This document shows, piece by piece, positions 59,287 through 64,000 of a stretch of DNA of 64,000 nucleotides. Under the pieces are notes generated by a model. It saw only the letters and a list, made by a program, of their open reading frames with translations, was not told where the DNA came from and searched no databases. How positions within the stretch are numbered: position 1 is the first letter of the stretch; the number at the start of each line of letters is the position of its first letter. Both the position numbers and the translations under genes were made by a program. Source of the DNA: Patellaria atrata CBS 101060 (Eukaryota); the NCBI GenBank assembly GCA_010093705.1, contig MU006097.1, positions 1,092,715-1,156,714 on the forward strand, written 5' to 3'.

Positions 59287-61529
59287 ATGGCCGGGTAGAA
59301 GGTACATAGACTAAGAATACCCGAAGTTCACGTCTGAGGACAATACCTAAAAACAGTAGCTTAAGGAATAGATTATATAATCCAATCATACAGTTTCTGG
59401 TGCAATCTTACTTGAGGAATTGACCTTGACCCTCAAAATATGCTTGAGCGCACATGTACTGTATAACCACCACGAAAAACTCGTCGACCACGTTCTCGGT
59501 TGGGAGCTCATACTTGCCCTTTCCTTCCTTGTCTCAACAATTATGCAAACGCAGCTAGACGAAAAAAGGGAGAATTAAGGTAATCCAGGGAGGCCCGCAC
59601 TATGAGAAAACATCATACTGTTCTTTCTTCAGTTGAGTTGTTTAATAATTCTAGGTCATGTCTGAAGTAACGCAACTCATATACTTATACTAAAAGAAGA
59701 TTTTAGCAAAACAAACTACATCCGGTGAATGGAGACTGGGTATCCAGTCCTATGAGACTTGTACACTATACAGTGGGGTCAATAGGCTACAGCTGACGTA
59801 TACAGGCCTTACTGCATACCGCTGATAGCGCTTCTTCCCGTTGTATATCATCAGATCCTCTCCAAGGAATTAAGCTTCCTTTATCGTATCAAAGAATACC
59901 TGATGAAGTAAGACGTGTAACTACGAGAAGGAACAGTTCTGTATTGCGAAGTTGATAACTGTGTCACTCTTATCTTGCAGATCATCAAGGATCAGAGATA
60001 AAACAGTCCGTCACTTTGAAAACTAGTAAGGACAATTTCATGCAGATAACCCCCTTGAGCGCAATATCTCACTGGGGGCTGATTGCAATGTTTCACTACG
60101 GGGACGTACTGGACAAGGGGAGCGTGGCTAAAGCTTAATTGAAGAGCACATATCCGATCGACTACTGTCGGTGAGATAAGATGAATCAGTTAGATGGCTA
60201 TTGGAACATCTCAGAGGAAACAATAGGTGGGTGGTCTGCACGAACTCATTGCCAATTTCACAATAGGAAGGAAAATACAATATTCCCGGCTGAGGTGTCA
60301 CAACAGACTAGATAGATCCTGTACAATAATGATATCGAAAATCCGATAGTATGGAGTTCCAATCGACTGAATTTTGAGAAAAGGGTTGTACATCTAGCTG
60401 CGTAGAAGAAGTCGACGTCGATGGTATTAGATCACGAAAATACTTATTCGCCTGACATGTGATCGCTGTAGGAAACATTAGAGATAACGGTTTTTTGTCT
60501 TGAGGCGAACTGTGACATGCAAGGCGACCGTTCAAGGATGGCTTATCATGCATTCTGAGAAAACTCCTGCCAGTTCTGTGCCCGTAGCTTTTGTGTTGAG
60601 AGAAAATCAGAAGATTGAATACATAAAACGGAGATCTTTGGTATAAGGAGGTTTTTCCACGCGGATCTGCGGCAATTATAACTGCAGGTAGCTGACACGT
60701 CTGGTGTCGCTCAACGAGCAAACCGCTATCCGTTCTCCCGAATGTAATATCGTTATTGGCGGAGGAGGAAAAAATTGGGGTTTGAATAGAGCTTTCAAAT
60801 GTGACAATTTTGAGACTAGCGCCCCACCAAGATGAAACGTCATAGGGGTCCAATTTTCCGCCCTCCAAAAACCTCAACCTCCACTTATCTTTGCATACAG
60901 AAAAGTGCCATTATTATTATTGGTACCTGGAAAGAGCTCTCCATAACCCGACTTCTAGTGAGTCACTACCTTTCTACCTTACTACCTTACTACATGCCGC
61001 AATATCCTCTTCACCGAGAGTTCGTATCCTCTCTTGATTCGTATCCTGCGATTGCCTCCAGATGGCCAATGCATCAGCTTTCAGGGGTTCCATAGGTTAT
61101 GGATAAGATTCAATCCAAGAATGGATGCATTTATTCAATTGGGGAATATGTATTAAATGTCCCGTTGGCCCTTTGGAAGCTCCTACTCTATGTTGAGTTA
61201 GAAGGGCAACACTACGGATTACTACCCCCTATTTTTTCTCGCGTCTTGCAGTATGACGCCATAATACGCGTGCTGTATGTTTCTGTTATCGAAGTAACCT
61301 TGCTCTCTTGCTTGCTGTCTTTTAAATCGGGCTGCAACACCATGTTAGGGTCTTGGTACTTGACCCACTGTGTTGACCTACAACGGGAGGTGATCCTGAT
61401 ACTAGGACGCGGGTCTATCCACCAGTCCGAATATGGGTTTGTATAAATCAACTGGGTCCGCCCTTTAGGTCAATTGCTCATTCAGAAATTCTAATCTTAC
61501 TTCTCTCAAACACAATATTAGTCGGCAAG

Positions 61530-62877
61530 ATGAGTGCTCAAACCCTAGGAATGCCTCGCGACGAGCGTTTCGTGCGACGTCTCAGTTCAAAGAGTACCTC
61601 AACCACGGATCTCAACATGGGTCCTACCGTCGTTGTACCCCCAAAGCATCTAACGGCGCCATCAGATGCCCATGAGATTGCGGCCGCCATGGAGATAGCA
61701 AGACATTCTATCGAACTACCAATAACACCTCCATCGGCTCCTGGGACTCCACTAGAAACCACTGTCACGGGCAAGTATGCCTTCGCCTTCGATATTGATG
61801 GAGTTCTCATTCGAGGTGGCAAGCCTATTCCAGAGGCTATTGAAGCAATGAAGGTGCTGAACGGCCAAAATGAGTATGGTATCAAGATGTGAGTATCGCT
61901 AAGTGTAACCTCCTGAGACTTTACTAATTTTCATAAGACCATACATTTTCGTAACAAACGGTGGAGGGAAATCAGAGAACGAACGTTGTCTTCAATTGAG
62001 TCAGCAGCTCCAGATCGAAGTCTCTCCCGGCCAGTTTATCTGTGGTCACACTCCTATGCGAGAAATGGCAGAAAAGTACCGTACCGTCCTCGTCATCGGT
62101 GGCGAAGGCGAAAAATGTCGACAGGTAGCTGAAGCATACGGCTTCAAAGACGTCGTAACCCCTGGCGACATCATCAAGGATAACCAAGACACTACCCCTT
62201 TCCGGAAGCTTACAGAAGACGAGCACAATAACTCCCGTCTGCGCAACTTTGCTGAGGTCGAAATCGACGCCATCTTCGTCTTCGCCGATTCTCGTGACTG
62301 GGCTTCGGATCAACAGATCATTCTCGACCTCCTCATGTCCAAGAACGGACGCCTAGGCACTCGCTCGGAGAATTTCGACGAAGGACCTCCCGTATTCTTC
62401 TCCCATAATGACGTCGTGTGGAGTACCTCGCACGATCTGACTCGAATCGGAATGGGTGCCCTTCGTGTATCTCTCGAAGCCATGTTCAAAGCTGTGACCG
62501 GCACAGACCTCCAAACCATTGCATTCGGCAAACCACAAATAGGTACCTTCGAATTTGCTACTCGGTTGCTCCAGCAGTGGCGTAAGGAAACCCATGGGAT
62601 TAACGAACCTCCCGAAACTGTGTACTTCGTTGGCGACACCCCCGAGAGCGACATCAGGGGGACCAATGAGTTCAACAATGAGGCTGAAAATACTTGGTAC
62701 TCTATTTTGGTTAGGACAGGTGTGTTTAGGGAGGGCACCAAGCCGAAGTTTCAGCCAAAGGTAACGGTTGATACTGTATTGGATGCTGTGCTGCATGGGC
62801 TTGAAAGAGAGCAGAAGAAGGCGTTGAAACGCCGGGTTCTAGAAGCGAGTATCGAAGCCGAGACGATTGAGGAATAA
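61530..62877 (+). CDS. HAD-superfamily class IIA hydrolase (CECR5/HDHD5-like), 2 exons
   Basis: AFAFDIDGVLIRGG motif I, PYIFVTNGGG after intron ~61889-61937, FGKPQIGTF and YFVGDTPESDIRG...SILVRTGVF. Confidence 0.93.
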
Positions 62878-64000
62878 TTAACGATCTTGAACGCTGCACT
62901 GCATAGTCTTTGGCGTTGGCGTTTCCTCTACGGTAGAAGAGCATACGCGGAGTTTTTTCCTTGTCGGCATTCTAGAAAATTTCTTTTACTTACTTCATAG
63001 CAAGATTCCCCCTTAGAAAAGAACAGATTGAATGGTATCAAAAAGACGACCATTGGTCTCTTGGATTGAAAGTATCTCAATTGTCTCTCTCTACTTACAT
63101 ATTTGACGCTAGTCCCATCTCCAACCCGAAGTCCTATGTTACTTGGGACGTCCTCCCATTTATGCCCTTTCATCTTTTCCCGTCCACACGTCCATCTCCA
63201 TCTCCAGTTTGTGTGACGACGGACCAATCCCTTTACCCACTGACTGGGAACCTACCGGTCCTCTCCATCCTCCAAACCAACCGCTCGATGACCTTCTACG
63301 GACTTCTCTTCCTGCAAAAGTCTCTCAACACTCTTATCGGTGTTGCGACACTCGCGCTAATCCCGCAATCTGCGCGGGATGGAAGATAACGTGACCATGT
63401 AAGTGACGATAGCCTGAGAGGGAATTCCATGCGATTGTGAAATTCGTCGAGTCATCTATGGAATCGGTAGGCGCGGTCGCTGAAACGGTGGTTGAGTTCA
63501 TGTTAGATGCAGACTGAAGCGCGCCTCGTGGAAAGGCGGTTCGAGATGAGGCTAAAATGCGCAAGTCCCATCGCAAATAGATACTGTATTTGATCGGAGG
63601 AGCTCAGCACCTTTCGATCAACATCGCGCATCGCAATTAGAGAATGATACCTGTAGGCCTGCAGCGTTACTCATAGAAAGTCAATGTTGCCTTGCCCAGG
63701 TCCGCGTTACCCCATTCCACGTGGCGTGGCAGGGATAGCCACGGGAATACTAGGCCCAAAGTGGAAGCTTGCATTGAGCAAAGTTTCGTCGAACGTCGGA
63801 ACAAAAATGAGTAAAAGTAAATAGTCGAAAATAAAAGAATACTTTTTAATTACTTCGGATGGGGCAAATGCAATTCTGAAAGTTGCATTCAAATCACCGT
63901 GTTAAACTGCGTCCATATACACCATTTAGAAGGAGTCTATCAGCGGTGGGGGTGTTGTAAACGTATTCAGTCGGAATCTCTATAGTGATTGTGCCAAGAC

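Noticed and set aside
60308..60877. 189-aa minus-strand ORF upstream of the HAD hydrolase
   Set aside because: Non-ATG start, no recognisable motif, and it overlaps the likely promoter of the + strand gene.
26392..61937. Several AAG 3' splice sites (DUF202, ABC transporter, HAD)
   Set aside because: AAG acceptors are a known minority class in filamentous fungi, and the number here is not clearly abnormal.

Overview
A gene-dense stretch of a filamentous ascomycete (Pezizomycotina) nuclear genome. The evidence is short GT-AG introns with CTRAC branch sites and typical fungal housekeeping genes. About 19 intact or partial protein-coding genes can be rebuilt by splicing the ORF track: ERV41 (5' end only), two small hydrophilic proteins, an NmrA-like reductase, a Yox1-like homeobox factor, a GNAT acetyltransferase, a flavin amine oxidase, a conserved Pro/Ser-rich protein, ARP2, an orphan membrane protein, a DUF202 protein, DBP5, BZZ1, an ABCC transporter, PLC1, a HEIP1/REDIC1-like protein, RRD2, a GaaD/LarA-type aldo-keto reductase and a HAD hydrolase. 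I found no transposon ORFs, canonical tRNA or rRNA. Two signals stand out. The first is an apparent ~170-nt RNA polymerase III-type structured RNA gene (A box, B box, T9 terminator, hairpin/H-box/ACA layout) between the 3' ends of BZZ1 and the ABC transporter. The second is a decayed, intron-containing gene that fuses a HeLo-like fungal STAND N-terminal domain to a DnaJ C-terminal domain with no J-domain. All family calls come from motif recognition by eye, not from database searches.
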